Position numbers and translations under genes: made by a program. 64,000 nt of DNA from Moniliella sp. 'wahieum' (lineage: Eukaryota), in the NCBI GenBank assembly GCA_003971905.1, contig RSEE01000026.1, positions 62,001 through 126,000 of the forward strand. The letters run 5' to 3'. The notes under the pieces are model-generated. The model was not told the DNA's origin, searched no databases, and saw only the letters and a program-made list of their open reading frames with translations. Shown here in pieces: positions 12,350-24,803 of the stretch. The first letter of the stretch is position 1; each line of letters begins with the position of its first letter.

Positions 12350-15300
12350 AAGATGCATCTAGTGCGGGACACTCGCTCGCGAACATCGGTCCACGCCATA
12401 TATGCACCACGACAAACTGCCAAAAACACACAATCAACCGAGAGAAACCCCCGCAGCCTCTCGTTCTCCCCTCCTGCGTCTCCCCTCTCACCATCAAACT
12501 GTGTTTTCGCACCCCAAAAGCATATCTATTTTGACAGTATTAGGATAGTCGCACCATCGCCACTGTATCTCACTCCATTGGCCGTGCATGCACTCTCCCA
12601 TATTAACAAGTACCACTATACTCGCGGTCAACTCCTTTCTTGGCCGAGAGGATGGGGTCGAAAAGTAGCACCCAAGAAAACTAATCCATAAGCATCAAGG
12701 AGCCCACTACTATACACCCATATCCTGTTGGTTGTTTATCTGGAGAGAGAGATGGGGCGAGACTCCAGTGCAGATTCTGTAGCCCAGACACGTGGGTCGA
12801 CTCAGTCTCATTTGAATTACTTTAGTTCTGCGAGAACGTCTCGCACTTGGCAAGCCTGTGCTGCGATGGTACATTTTGGCAACAATTTAGAGAGAAAAGA
12901 CACGGGGCTGCGGGTTAGGAAATCAATGCAGTCGCCATACAGCAAGTCGGGACCCCCTGGAGCCTGTCCGAACTCGCATCCAAGCCGAGTGTAACGCACA
13001 GCGTGGCACACGAATGTGATGAGCGGGTGAATCACTTCCAACGAGAGACTATTATTCTTTTTCCACAGCGTACCCAAACACCTTGTTGGCCGTCTTAATG
13101 GCATAGTAGTATCTGCGCGCCGTCTCATGATCAAGGAAGAATATAGCTCTGTTGAATACGTCCCTAGTCCTTGGCGTCTCTTGTCGCATTCCGCTTCCTC
13201 CCGCAGTCGAAGCTCCTCCTTCTCCGGGCGTTACACAGGCGTTGCAGTTCTTCTTGTACCACCTTCACCTTTGGGCACATAACCATCACGCCCTTGTCGT
13301 GCACGAATCGGGCAAGGTGTGGTCCATCCTCATTCCTGATCCAGCGAATGCTCCTGGCCCATACGTCACTCGCTAGTCCGTATGCCTCGCCTTCCGCCGA
13401 CGCCGCGTCCCGCCCTCTTACTCCACAATCGTCTCATCGGGGTGAATGTGGACGTCTGGGATAGAACGCATGAGCTTGGGCATGGGCGCTCGCCCACAGT
13501 CTTATGCCATACGCCAAACTTGGACTGGATGCGGGACCAAGCCAGAATGTACTCAATTGATGGCATCTGACCACACTTTGATTGCACTGGCTGCACGCGG
13601 AACGAAACCGGACACAGAGCTGCAGGTCCTTCTGAAAACCCCTGCTTGTCGGTGAGCTCGATCGACCCCAAGGCACTTGGTTGCTGTCATTGAAGACAGC
13701 CAAATGGAGTTGAACGCCTGGCATTGCTTGCTCAATCGCATTGCGATCATCGGCCCTCGTTCCTCTCCGTTGAGGTGTTGGAGTAGCTCCGGGCGACTGT
13801 AACTACATTGTGCGGTGTGTGAAAGGCATTATACCACCGCTTTTATACCACCGCTTTTGCTAGGTACCGCAGCCCAAGAGGTACAGCCCACAACGTAACC
13901 AGCCCACCTCCCACACCTTATTCCGCGCGGTTATGGAATGGTAGATTATAATAGGGGACGGTGGACCCTCAGTGGTTACCCGGCCGAAACAAGGGCCAGG
14001 TCATCTAGCGTTGAATAACCAAAAAAGAAACAACTGTAAGGCTGGCAGTGCGTAACATATACCCAACAAGGGGAATTCACTAACATGAATCTTATATGTT
14101 TAAGATTGAGAACCTTTCTTCCACATTCGTTTTTCGGACGCCTGTCGGCCATATGCATAGCGAGAGGGAGGCAGGGAAGGTATTGGCAGGTTTGTCTATG
14201 GCTAGACCTCAGGCCTCGACGGTCGTGTAATGAGATATACGCAACAGACACATGTGGAGCCAACATGATTTGGGTTTCTCTCCTTTTGTCGTTTACATGT
14301 AGGTATATACGTTTTTCCCGCATATATATAGGGATAAACCCTCGTCCACCGACAACAAAGTGAAGAGTGTTTTCTCTTCTTGGATCCACCTCTAAGGGCA
14401 CATCTCCCTATCGCAACCTTTTGGAGCTGTGACTAATGTTTTCGCGAATTTCCAATAGGTAATTCTATGCTGCCACCAAAAGTGCCTAAAGAGGTTACAG
14501 AAAAGCCGGTAGCATCTTTGTCCACAGTTTTACGAGGACACGGAGTGCAGGCGAGTCCGGCCAGGCCACGTTCTTCCTTACCTAGGTTATGCGTCTACCT
14601 CAAGACGGACTGGCTCTCATGAATATCGAACAAACCCATATACTCCATCGCATCTATATAACCGAGCATGCTCCTTTCGATCTATATGCGACTTGGATCG
14701 AGCCCGTTCCGTACGGCCAAGGCGATCCGTGCCTTATTGGCGTTTGGGGGTCTCTCGTGGGTTTATCCTACCTCCGAATTATTCGGACTTGTTCATGAAC
14801 CCAAGTGAGCTCGTCTGAGATGAGCGTCTGGACGAGGGCGTTATTTTCCTGGTCCGAGCGTCTCGTGTTTATTGTGAGGCTCTCTTCCCTCCTCTGCTTT
14901 TCTTTTTCCTTTTGGATGAAAACGGAGGACCAGCTATTTACTCTCGGCCTCTCTGGGTTTGACTGTTCTCGTTCCTGGTCGAGGGTATTGGGAACTTTTG
15001 GTCTGTGCTCAGTTCTTCTGAGGGTCATTGGCCTTGATTCCTTACCACTTTGGTCCTTGCGTTTTGTCTATTCATTATAGATCCTGTCTGCACGACCCTT
15101 GATCCATATATGTTCTTTCCGCTTTTATATATTAGCGAGGGCCATTTCATTTCGTCCTGCTATAGAATCGTCTTCGCCTTTTGCGGCATCAACGTCCTTT
15201 TGCCAATGCATCCTGTCTGGGGATCAAGACATCAAGTTGGCTAGATCCTGGTTTATTCTAGGCCTGTTTCCCCTTTGTCTCTATGTTCCTCACTTTCTTT

Positions 15301-15906
15301 CTGCGTGTGACCCACGCTCGCATGTTCTTTTCTTCCCTGAGATACGTACACCTCACCTTTTCTTTCCCCTCAATATTCAAATGATCCTGATTCTTTCCCC
15401 CATCTCCCTCTCTCCTGTTACATCCTTGATCCACATAGCAAGTCCCGCATTTCTCCTAGTGCACCGCAATGACTGGGTCCCATCGACTCCTGCGGCCATT
15501 GGACTTCTTGGTCTTCGTCCAGTCTCATTATTTCGATCGGGCATTTATTGCCCTCGACCTTCAGGATCGAGTCATCTCTCCTTGCGGATATCCCGCGGCG
15601 AGCATATAACTACGAGAGTTAAATTGTTCCAGTCAGTGGCAAAACCCGTCTCACTCTCTGTCGTTGCTTGCGTCTCATCACCCTTGCAGCCACGACCGTC
15701 TATAGGGCCATCATGGACGACGCAGGCACGCTCGTCTTTTTTGCTCTTAGTTCCGGCGCATATGTATCAACCTTTTGCCACAAACGAAGAGCCGACGCCC
15801 CAATTCAGAGTTCGTCTCCTGCCCTCTCGCCTCTAATTGATAATTGCTCTCCGTCGGATCTGCCACTGTAATAGTGTTCAGGCTCGATGATCAACCGTAA
15901 GTGGTC
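12350..15906. other. Lower-GC degenerate region, probably decayed TE or pseudogene DNA; target of the copia insertion
   Basis: Visibly more AT-rich than the genes, with only short broken ORFs. Tandem duplication of TATACCACCGCTTT(T) at about 13830-13858. No domain could be recognised. Confidence 0.35.
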
Positions 15907-16065
15907 TGTTGACATCCGTCCTAGGACCGCCGGACCCTGAGTCACGTGAGTCAGCTTTCATTCCTTCCGAGCTCGCACCAGTCTTCTGGACGAGTCAGTC
16001 GCAGAAGCTTCTTAGTCCAATACGACGTTCAGTGCTCACATTCTGTGGTAGTAGCGAGGCCGACA
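15907..16065 (+). repeat. 5' LTR (159 bp)
   Basis: TGTTGACATCC...GGCCGACA; matches the 3' LTR except for two small indels. Confidence 0.97.
15938..15953. promoter_or_regulatory. Two Gcn4/AP-1-type sites (TGAGTCA) overlapping a CACGTG box within the LTR
   Basis: TGAGTCA-CG-TGAGTCA, also present in the 3' LTR. Motif match only. Confidence 0.45.
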
Positions 16066-16119
16066 GAGTTACATCCTTATCTGCTCATCCCTGAGCTGGC
16101 CAAAACTACACCCACAACC

Positions 16120-17367
16120 ATGGGCGCCAACGCTAACACCGATCTCTCGGTCAGCGACACCACAATGGTGAACAAGCGCGATTACTGGACACCAACCGGT
16201 CGCGATCCGCCACCGATTGGCACCGACAACGAGGAACTCATGATGCTTTGCGCCGAAGCGCACCTGTGGTTCAAGAAGACGAACGACATCGATGTCGTTA
16301 AAGAGAAGATCAACAGAGCTATACACGACAGAGCCGAGTGGCTTGGATGGAAGGACGAACCTACGTCTATCACGACAAACTGGGTTCGACGGGCTACGAA
16401 TTTTGTGGTGCAAAACATCCACCAAATGGAAACTCAACCCAACGCAACTTTGGGGGCACCTACAGGCGCAGCCGCGACCCGAGTACGACCTTTACAGATC
16501 ACTACGCGAGTCTCCCACCAAGAATATCAAGTGGCCTGATCTGAACAAAGACCCGTCCCCTACAGCGCTTGGGAAGACGAATTTCTCTTCGCGATAACAG
16601 ATGCCCACCCCCACGCAAGCGACGTCGTCCAGAATGGTCGCAGCTCCCGCTACTTCACCGAGGACCTCGACAGACGCTTGCACAACCTTCTTAGGGAAGC
16701 CATGCCGTCAACCCTCTTCCGGACGATCCGCACCCACCACGAAATATCATGCACCCAGGACACGCTGAACATGCTGCGTCAGCGGTATGGATATACGCCT
16801 ACCGCAAACAGAGGGCCTCTACTCATTCGCTACTTTTCGGCCGACCAAGGAAACCGATCGGGTCGAGACTACCTCGACTACATGGAAGAGATCAGTGCAA
16901 GCCTGACGCGAGCGGGCATCCCACTTACGGAAGAGCAGGAACGCACTGGGATCCTACTCGGCTTACGCGACATGAGCATTCGCCAGCGTGAAGAGCGCTC
17001 GAGTCTAGACAAGTTACGGCAGGCCGTGATGGACATACCAGCCGCCACGTATCCCGGTGGAGAAAGGAAGAGAAACGGAGGCAAGCGGTCGGTCAACGGA
17101 GGAACGCCTTGGACTCGACCCGACAGCGGGGGACGACCCACCAGCGGGGGAAAAAACTCCAGCGGGGGCAAAGCCGGCGACGACAACCTCGCGGACACAA
17201 AGACCAAGGGGCAAGACCGCACCAACCAACCCTGGCGCAGCGCGACGTCTAATAAACCTGTTGTCCCTCCGCGCAACCCAGGCCGAGCCAACGCTCACGT
17301 CGCTCAGAGAGCGAGCTCTCCCGAGTCTGAAGTGATTGACGTTGATGCGGGCACAGCTGACTACTAG
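16120..17367 (+). CDS. gag: Copia Gag (frameshifted in this assembly)
   Basis: ATG 16120, just after the 5' LTR. Helical capsid-like segment (...DYLDYMEEISASLTRAGIPLTEEQERTGILLGL), then a basic G/K/R-rich tail and TAG at 17365-17367. No CCHC knuckle seen. Confidence 0.75.
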
Positions 17368-20300
17368 GAACTCGGGGGAAATGCGAATCATCCGGGCATT
17401 ATATGACAGTGGGGCATTCCCATCCATTTGGAAAGACAAATCCGTCTTCACATCCATGACCCCTTGCGACGACGAGATAGAGGTTGCTAACGGGACACAT
17501 GTAAAGGCGGAAGGACGAGGCACGGCCACAATCCGTATCCGATGCTTAGGAGGACACCAAATGGAGATAAAACTCCCCAACAGCCTATACATGCCCCGTT
17601 TCATCAGCCGAAATCTCGTCAGTGTAGCACACCTGTCGAACACCGGAATCGCATCATACTTCGCCCCACACCAGAAGGGTATCTGGCTTGGTAACCCAGG
17701 ATCCACCCTACGAAAAGTAACCGGCAGTGACTATCAATTCACGATCTTACACAACCCGCGAACGCCACCACACACCCTGCGGGCCATGGCGACCAAACCG
17801 ATCAAACCGGCCGACCCACCCTCAACCCCAAACTCCCTCGCAGCATCCCTGGCCCTGGACCACGTCTCTAAAGCCCACAAACGCTGGAACCACGCAGCCA
17901 TCGACCTCCTCCCCTGGCTTACACGATCGGAAACCGCAGGCCTCCGCGTCACAGCCAAGCATATCTCTCTGTCGTTCAGAGTGGGATTGCCAACATGCGC
18001 GGTGGCACTAGCGACAGCATCGCCCCATCCGAGCCGGGACCGCCTCCGATCCAAAAGACCTTTCGAGGTCCTCCAGTCGACGTCGTAGTAGCTCCCCGGT
18101 AACCGGCATGGGGCACGGATACGCCCTCGTCGCCGTTGATGACTTCACGCGGTACGTCTTCACCACAGCGATCCCGACAAAGGGCGCTGCCGAAGGAACT
18201 GCGGAATCCTCATATTGCGGAGCAACGCTACGGCCGGAAGACTGCTGCGGACTTTGCGCACGGACAACGCCCCCGAATTGACAAGCGCACGCAACCTTTT
18301 CTGGACGAGCAAGGCATCACGTCAGAACGGACAAATCCCGGGGCAGAGTGCTAGCAACGGTGTGGCTGAGCGTGCCATCCGAACCATAACGACTCGTGCA
18401 AGGCAGTTGCTCTTGGGTACAGGTCTTCCGACGTCGGACTGGTGGGAACACAGCCTCCACGCTGCGTGCTTCACCCAAAACCAAATGCCACTCAAAACAT
18501 CCGGGGAAGACAACAAATCGCGATTTGAGCGATACAAAGGCCACGCATACTCGTTACCGATGCAACCCTTTGGCCGCGTTGCATACCTCCATCTGCCCGA
18601 GTCACGCCGCGAGCACAAGCTCAGCGCGCGGGCAGAGGAAGGTATGCTGGTAGGATACCACCATCAGCGCGGATCAAAGGGATGGCTCTTCGCCACATAC
18701 CAACCATCCCTGGGTACCTTCACCTACCGCTGGTCGAAACCGTACAAATGGGGCAACGCCATCTACCCCCATCTCCACCCCGACCACTTCCCACCCGACA
18801 TCTCCAAATCACCTCAAATTAAAATCGACAGTGAAAAAGACGCTAACCCTACTCCGCCAGCCGCGGCAGCACCCATGCCCCGAACCGCCGCCACACCCCA
18901 GACACCCGCTCCCACCACCACCCCCCTCCGCGCCGCTACCCCCTCCGCCAGCGCACCACCCGCACCTCCCTCGACCTGCACACACTCCCAATCGCTGACG
19001 ACCCCACCGACACGACCTACCATGCTCGTGCTGCAGCCGCCACGCCCCACTGCGCCGCACCAGAGATCGGCATCGCCCGCCCCCTACCTGACACATCCGC
19101 CCCCCCGTTTGCCGACACAGTTCAACCTCCCGAATACGCCGCCATGACTGCTCTCAGCGCACCCATCCACCCGGACACGGTTCAGCTCACCAAGGATGGC
19201 GTACCCCTCGCTCCCAAGACGCTCAAGGGTCTCGAGACTCACCCCTCCTTTGCCATGGTCAAGCAGGCTATGGCCGACGAGGTGGCCACACTCGCGCGAT
19301 ACGGCACCTACGAGGCTACGTACCCACCACCGGGTGCACAAATCCTCATAGGACTATGGCGCATCACCACAAAGACGGACGCCGAGGGCCGGTTCCTGCG
19401 CCACCGCGCGCGCTTTGTCGCGGGCGGACACCAACAATCGGCCGAGACTTGGGGCCAGACGTTCGCACCATCGGTGCGCACACCTGCCATCCTGACCCTC
19501 GTCGTGCTGGCCGAGAAGTATAAGTTTGGCCTCTTCTCGGCGGACGTCAATGCAGCGTACCTGAACGCCCCCCTCGAAGAAGCAGTCTACATCCGCCCAC
19601 CCCCCTACTTCCCCGAAGCGGGTGGTCGCGTGTGGCGTCTCAAGAAGAGTCTATACGGGCTACATCAGAGCGGAGCAAACTGGGCACGATACATCCGGAA
19701 CCTGCTGCGTGACAAGCTCGGCTTCACGCAAAGCTTGACCGAGCCCTGCTTGTTCGTGCGCGCTGCACCACCGGGTGAGCAGATCCTCCTGGCGGTCCAC
19801 ACCGACGATCTGCTCCTCGCATGCAAGTCACACCAAAAGTACGAGGAGTTTATGGCCGAGATAAACACACACATTGATGTTCGTGGTAACGGTCCCCTTC
19901 ACTACCACCTGGGATGCCAATACGATCGGATCGGTGGGGAGCTGTACCTGAGCCAACCAAAGTTCATCGAGGAAGTGGTGGCAAAGCACCACATCAAAGC
20001 CCCGTGGATCCGGACTCTCCCACATCCCGTACGGATGATACCGCCCCGTGCCGACCCTGAACCCCCATCCCTCCCAGCCTTGCGCAAGGCATATCAGGGG
20101 AAGATCGGATCGGGACTGTGGGCTGCACGAATGGGCCGGCCTGACTCCCTCTTCGCTATCACGGCCCTCAGCAGAGCCGCTGCCGACCCATCGCAGCAGC
20201 ATCATCAAGCAGTCGATGACTTCCTTCGCTACCTGTACCATACTCGAGGAAAGGGCCTGAGGTTGACCCCAACATCAGATGCACCGGCCATTGCGCTGTA

Positions 20301-20802
20301 TACAGATTCCGACTTGGCGGGAGATCCCATCCAGGCACGCTCCACATCTGGATGCCTACTGATGGTGTACGGTGTGCCGGTGTCGTGGCGATCCATTCTT
20401 CAGCCGAAGAGCGTTACCAGTACCGCCGCCGCCGAATATACGGCAGGATATGATGGACTGGTTGACGCCAACTATGTCAAGAACATCATGATCGAGCTTG
20501 GGGCCATCGGCGAGGGTACACCCATTCATTGGTATTGCGACAATAAGTCTGTCGTCGATCTCGCCCACAAATTTGGCAGCACCGGCAAGCTCCGAGAGCT
20601 GAAGATCCGGTACCACAATGTACGGCAACACGTGGACTCGGGCGAGGCCATACTTGTACACATCCCCGGCGAAAGGAACCCAGCGGACGTCCTCACCAAG
20701 CCTCTCGGCCGTCCCGCCCTGACAAGCCATCTTGCTCAACTCCGCGTCGAGGAGATGGATCCAGTCCACATGACTGGGCCCTCCGGTCAGCGGGGGTGTT
20801 GA
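17336..20802 (+). CDS. pol: Copia Pol: protease, integrase, reverse transcriptase, RNase H (several indels)
   Basis: PR LYDSGA. IN HKRWNH, AVDDFTRY, LRTDNAPE, NGVAERAIRTI. RT ADVNAAYLNA, LKKSLYGLHQSG, VHTDDLL. RH LYTDSDLAGD, AAEY, YCDNKS, NPADVLTKPL. Stop codon lies in the first bases of the 3' LTR. Confidence 0.95.
20788..20796 (+). other. Polypurine tract
   Basis: CAGCGGGGG immediately 5' of the 3' LTR. Confidence 0.7.
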
Positions 20803-20958
20803 CATCCGTCCTAGGACCGCGCGGACCCTGAGTCACGTGAGTCAGCTTTCATTCCTTCCGAGCTCGCACCAGTCTTCTGGACGAGTCAGTCGCAGAAGCT
20901 TCTTAGTCCAATACGACGTTCAGTGCTCACATTCTGTGGTAGTAGAGCGAGGCCGACA
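20797..20958 (+). repeat. 3' LTR (162 bp)
   Basis: TGTTGACATCC...GGCCGACA followed by the TSD TGGTC. Confidence 0.97.
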
Positions 20959-21259
20959 TGGTCTCTGTTCTCCTACTTCAAAGGGAAAAGCGACCCTAAC
21001 CTGTGTGGGTCGGGCCTCAGTCCGGGGTCCGCCCATGACATGGGCAACAGCGAACAAGTGACTATTGAGAAGGGAGATGTGGGCACTGGTGATATCTGAG
21101 AAGGCATAAAAAGTGACAGCTATTCAACGTGGTCATCGTGATTCGCGTCGGGTGTGTGATGCATAATGTGATTATCGATGTGCTTTTTTGGGGAGAGGAT
21201 GCCAACCTTCTATAGCACCTTCCCACAGCCAGCCACTATATATAGTGCTACCATCTCGG

Positions 21260-21696
21260 CCTCAACGTTCAACGTGTTCAACCTTCCTCAGGCCCTCAGG
21301 CCGGCCTTGGCCTCCTCAGCCTCAACACGGATATACTGATACTGATCGTACTGATCCATTATATCCGTATCGTCACGCATTTTTCTGATGTGTGGTACCA
21401 TATACGCACTATGGATCATGCATCACTGATGAGAAAGCCACACGCCATGTCGACGCCCCCCTTCAAGCTTCAAGCTTCAATATTCAATGCCTTCCTCGGA
21501 AGAAGTTGTACATATACTGCGCAACTCGGGACTTGGCACAGTACTATACGAGTATATACTGTGAGTCCCTCGGGCCGCCTCATCGATCTCATCAGTATTA
21601 CTGGACCAGTACGATCAGTTACTAGTTACTAGTTACTGGCTGTTATTACTATGGTTACCGGTTACCGGTTACCGTAGTAGTTGACCATAGTAGTTT

Positions 21697-21744
<48 letters not shown>

Positions 21745-22330
21745 CTCAGTCTGAGCGCTCAGTCTGAGCACTCAGTGTCCTCATTTGTATGAGGATATAA
21801 ACGTATCCAGCACTAGCATGCACTAGCCCCTGCAACGCGGATCCTACTTCTTGTGTGACAATGTGACAACAATTGGCTCTCCGACCACACGGTAATGAAC
21901 GTATGAACGGGTAAGCTGCACTAAGCGCTAGGCCCCATATTTGCCACTAGCGCAACCAGCACTAGCACTCCCCAGATGGAACTGTTTATAATCGGCAGTT
22001 GATGTACTCCTTTGAATCAAAAAGCTTCAAGAGCTCCAATAAGCTCTTCAAGCTTCAAGCTTCATATAGCGTGAACGTACGTTGGCTTGAACAGCGTTTT
22101 ACTTGGAAGAACCCTCCAACAACTTTCTGCACACACGAGAAATGATCGATGATTGATGATCGATGAGACCGATGCGGCCCTGCGGCCCTGAGGCCCTGGG
22201 GCCTAAGGGCCTGAGATCTGAGGACCTGAAGCTTGAAGAGGGTGCGCAGCGGGCGCAGCAGTGGCGCAGCACATCCAGCACTAACTCTTTTGTACTCGAT
22301 CTCAGACCTCATCGATCCCTCATCCATCAT
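21260..22330. repeat. Intergenic cluster of xy-TNA-y'x' heptamer stutters upstream of the forkhead gene
   Basis: AGTTACT x3 (21617-21637), GGTTACC x3 (21653-21673), GCTCAGT x6 (21698-21739), CTTCAAG x2 (22046-22059), GATGATC units (~22148-22161), CCTGAGG/CCTAAGG (22187-22208). Confidence 0.85.
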
Positions 22331-22930
22331 CGACGAGATCATCCAGCCCATTTAACGGATCTGGTTCGACTTTTTCTATTTTTTTTTGGCGTGGGGTGCG
22401 AGATACTTGGGTGTGTTTCACATGTAACCGTGTCGCCAGGCTCAGCAGCTCAGCACTTCATGTCATGCACTTGAACATGTCCAGCGCAGCAGCGCAGCAA
22501 GCGTGAATCACAGGTCGCGCGGCCCTGCTGTCTTCCTCCCATGGACCATTCTGGCACAGCAGCCATTTCGGGAGCGTGTACTGGTATCGCAGACAACGTA
22601 AGGCGTAAGGCGTAAGGCTTAAGGTACCCGGTTAATAATAAGAACGCACAAACGTTGGCGTTTTGATATCGCCCAACGATAATTTGTAGCCGAGAGTCCG
22701 GCTGCCCTGCGTCCTGGTACTCATCTTGGCCGGATCCGATGTGGCGGTGCATTCTCGTGTAGGGGACGCAGCATCTCACACCCACATCACCTTCCTCTTC
22801 CCCTTCCCTCCTGTTTTCACTCTGCACTCAAACGTCAACCCCCCAATCACAGAAAGTCTAGTACCAACTCTTGCCTCTTGCCCTCCGACCTTCGCTCCGC
22901 CCTCATCTCTGTCCACGACCGGCCCAGTTG

Positions 22931-24046
22931 ATGTCGGCCATGCCCTTCGCACGCCATCCCGCATGCGCGCCTCAGGCCTTGCCGTCTGCTCAGGCCTTGC
23001 CGCCTGCTCAGCCCGCTGCGCCCCCCACCCGCCCCGCGCAGCACCCACAACGCCGTCCTCGGTCGCCCATTCTACGCCTCCCACCACGCGCGTGCAGGAA
23101 TCGGGTGCTGGGCCACTGCGTTCCCGTGTGCCGCGTCGCTCCACCATCGGGGCCCACTCGCACCGACCCCGTCCGTCGCGCCTTGAGCGGCATGAGCATC
23201 CCGTTGCCCCGCACCCTTTGCCTCCACGCTGGGCCCCCTGCTGTTCCCTGCTGGCCCTCACCCTTCGTACGCCCCCCACCCACGTTCGTCCCCCGACTTG
23301 CGCTGCTCGAGTCAGGCAAGCGCATTGCAACACAGCACCCCAGCCTCCACGCCTCCACCTCGAGCCATCCCTCACGCAGCACCACTCCGGGGTGGGCGGT
23401 ATGGGGGCCTCTCCTGGTCTTCTTCTGGGCCAGGGGCAGCAGAGACGGTGGTGCCTGCATGGTCCTGCGGAGAGGCTCCGACTGCTGTTGTCAACGCGGC
23501 GGAAGCTGCTGCCCCAGCCGTCGCTGGTGCTACGGTGACCAACACCGTGACTCTGGCCTCCAAGCCGGATGCGCGGGTGGGTGGGCCTAGTGAGAAAGGG
23601 ACCCCAAGCCTGCGGACCGACGACGGCGGGAAAATCCGTTCAGCTACAGCAGCCTGATTGCCCAGGCCATCAGTTCTTCTCCCGAGGGCAAGATGACGTT
23701 GCGGGAGATTTACGCGTGGATCAATTGGGCCTATCCCGACCTCTACTCGCTTGATGCGCCCGACACGCCCGCCTGGCAAAACACGGTCCGACACAATCTG
23801 AGCTTGAACAAAATGTTTGTCAAAGTACCTCGCTCGGCCGTCCCGTCTGCCCTCAGCCACCGCCCAGGGGTAGACGCACGGGGGTCCATCACCTTCCCCC
23901 GCGGAAAGGGAGGGTACTGGATGCTAGACACAAGTGTAGCTGGAGCGGCGATTGCCCTGCCTGGTCCGATGCCTAGCAGGCCCAATCCGCTCCTTGCCCT
24001 CCCGGCCCCTCCACCTGTCCCACCCGCTTCCACTTGTGTGTCTGCT

Positions 24047-24080
<34 letters not shown>

Positions 24081-24728
24081 TCTCATCCGGCCTCCCGCGC
24101 CCGCAGCCCTGGCACGGGGCGAACTGGACACCCGCTTCCAGCATTCGGTCGGCCTGTACGACCCTCCCCTCCGTACTCCCCTCCCCCTCCTGCCCAACCG
24201 GGAACGTTGCTACCAGCAGAGAGCAGGTGGGAAGGTGCGGCCCACCCGGCTGCTGTGACGAGGACCGCGCAAGGCCGACGTCGGGCAGAGACGTGCCAGG
24301 TGGCGCCGCAGGCCGAGTGGGCGTATGCGTACGCATATGCCCCTGGCGCGTCGTATGGTGCCGTTCCGTCCTCAGCCTGGGGCAGGGAGGGCGCGCGGGT
24401 GCGTGCGCGAGGATACACGACCACTGCAGCTGTACGAAGCAACTCGCCGGCGCGCTTGTTGGATATAATGCGGACGTTGCGCCGCCTCCCTGCCTCCAGG
24501 GCACGAGGGGCTCGAGGGGCATCAGGGCACCAGGGCGACGACAAGGACGAGGGGTTAGGGTGCGAGGACCGCTCTCCGTACACGAGCGAGTCGTATTCGC
24601 ATAGCCAACACGCTCCTCCACCAAGCCAGGGGTCCATTCCTCCTTTCTTCCCTAGAGCACCGGGACGAACGGCCGGGAAAGTGGGCGTAGAACGACGAAT
24701 GTCAATCAGTGGCATGCTCAACGACTAA
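22931..24728 (+). CDS. Forkhead (winged-helix) transcription factor; start uncertain
   Basis: [33 protein letters not shown]...[20 protein letters not shown]...GKGGYWML at about 23638-23927, with Pro-rich flanks. C-terminus [11 protein letters not shown]. Confidence 0.93.
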
Positions 24729-24803
24729 CACCCACCTCGTTCGCGTCCAGGTTGGGGTTGTTCGTACCTGCGTCACGTGAAGGATAGTTGCGTTTTGCAA
24801 TTG

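Larger units (their letters stand above)
15907..20958 (+). mobile_element. Full-length Ty1/copia LTR retrotransposon (~5.05 kb)
   Basis: TG...CA LTRs at 15907-16065 and 20797-20958. 5-bp TSD TGGTC at 15902-15906 and 20959-20963. Domain order is gag-PR-IN-RT-RH. PPT lies just before the 3' LTR. Confidence 0.97.

Noticed and set aside
15946..16119. Shared ORF start MSQLSFLPSS... at 15946 and 20837
   Set aside because: This is translation of the LTR sequence from a GTG, not a duplicated gene.
14399..21081. 11-bp inverted match CACATCTCCCT / AGGGAGATGTG as possible TIRs around the copia
   Set aside because: Too short to be significant over this distance, it does not extend, and there is no matching TSD.
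21617..21777. CRISPR-like array
   Set aside because: Units are 7-13 bp with no unique spacers, there are no cas genes, and the context is eukaryotic.
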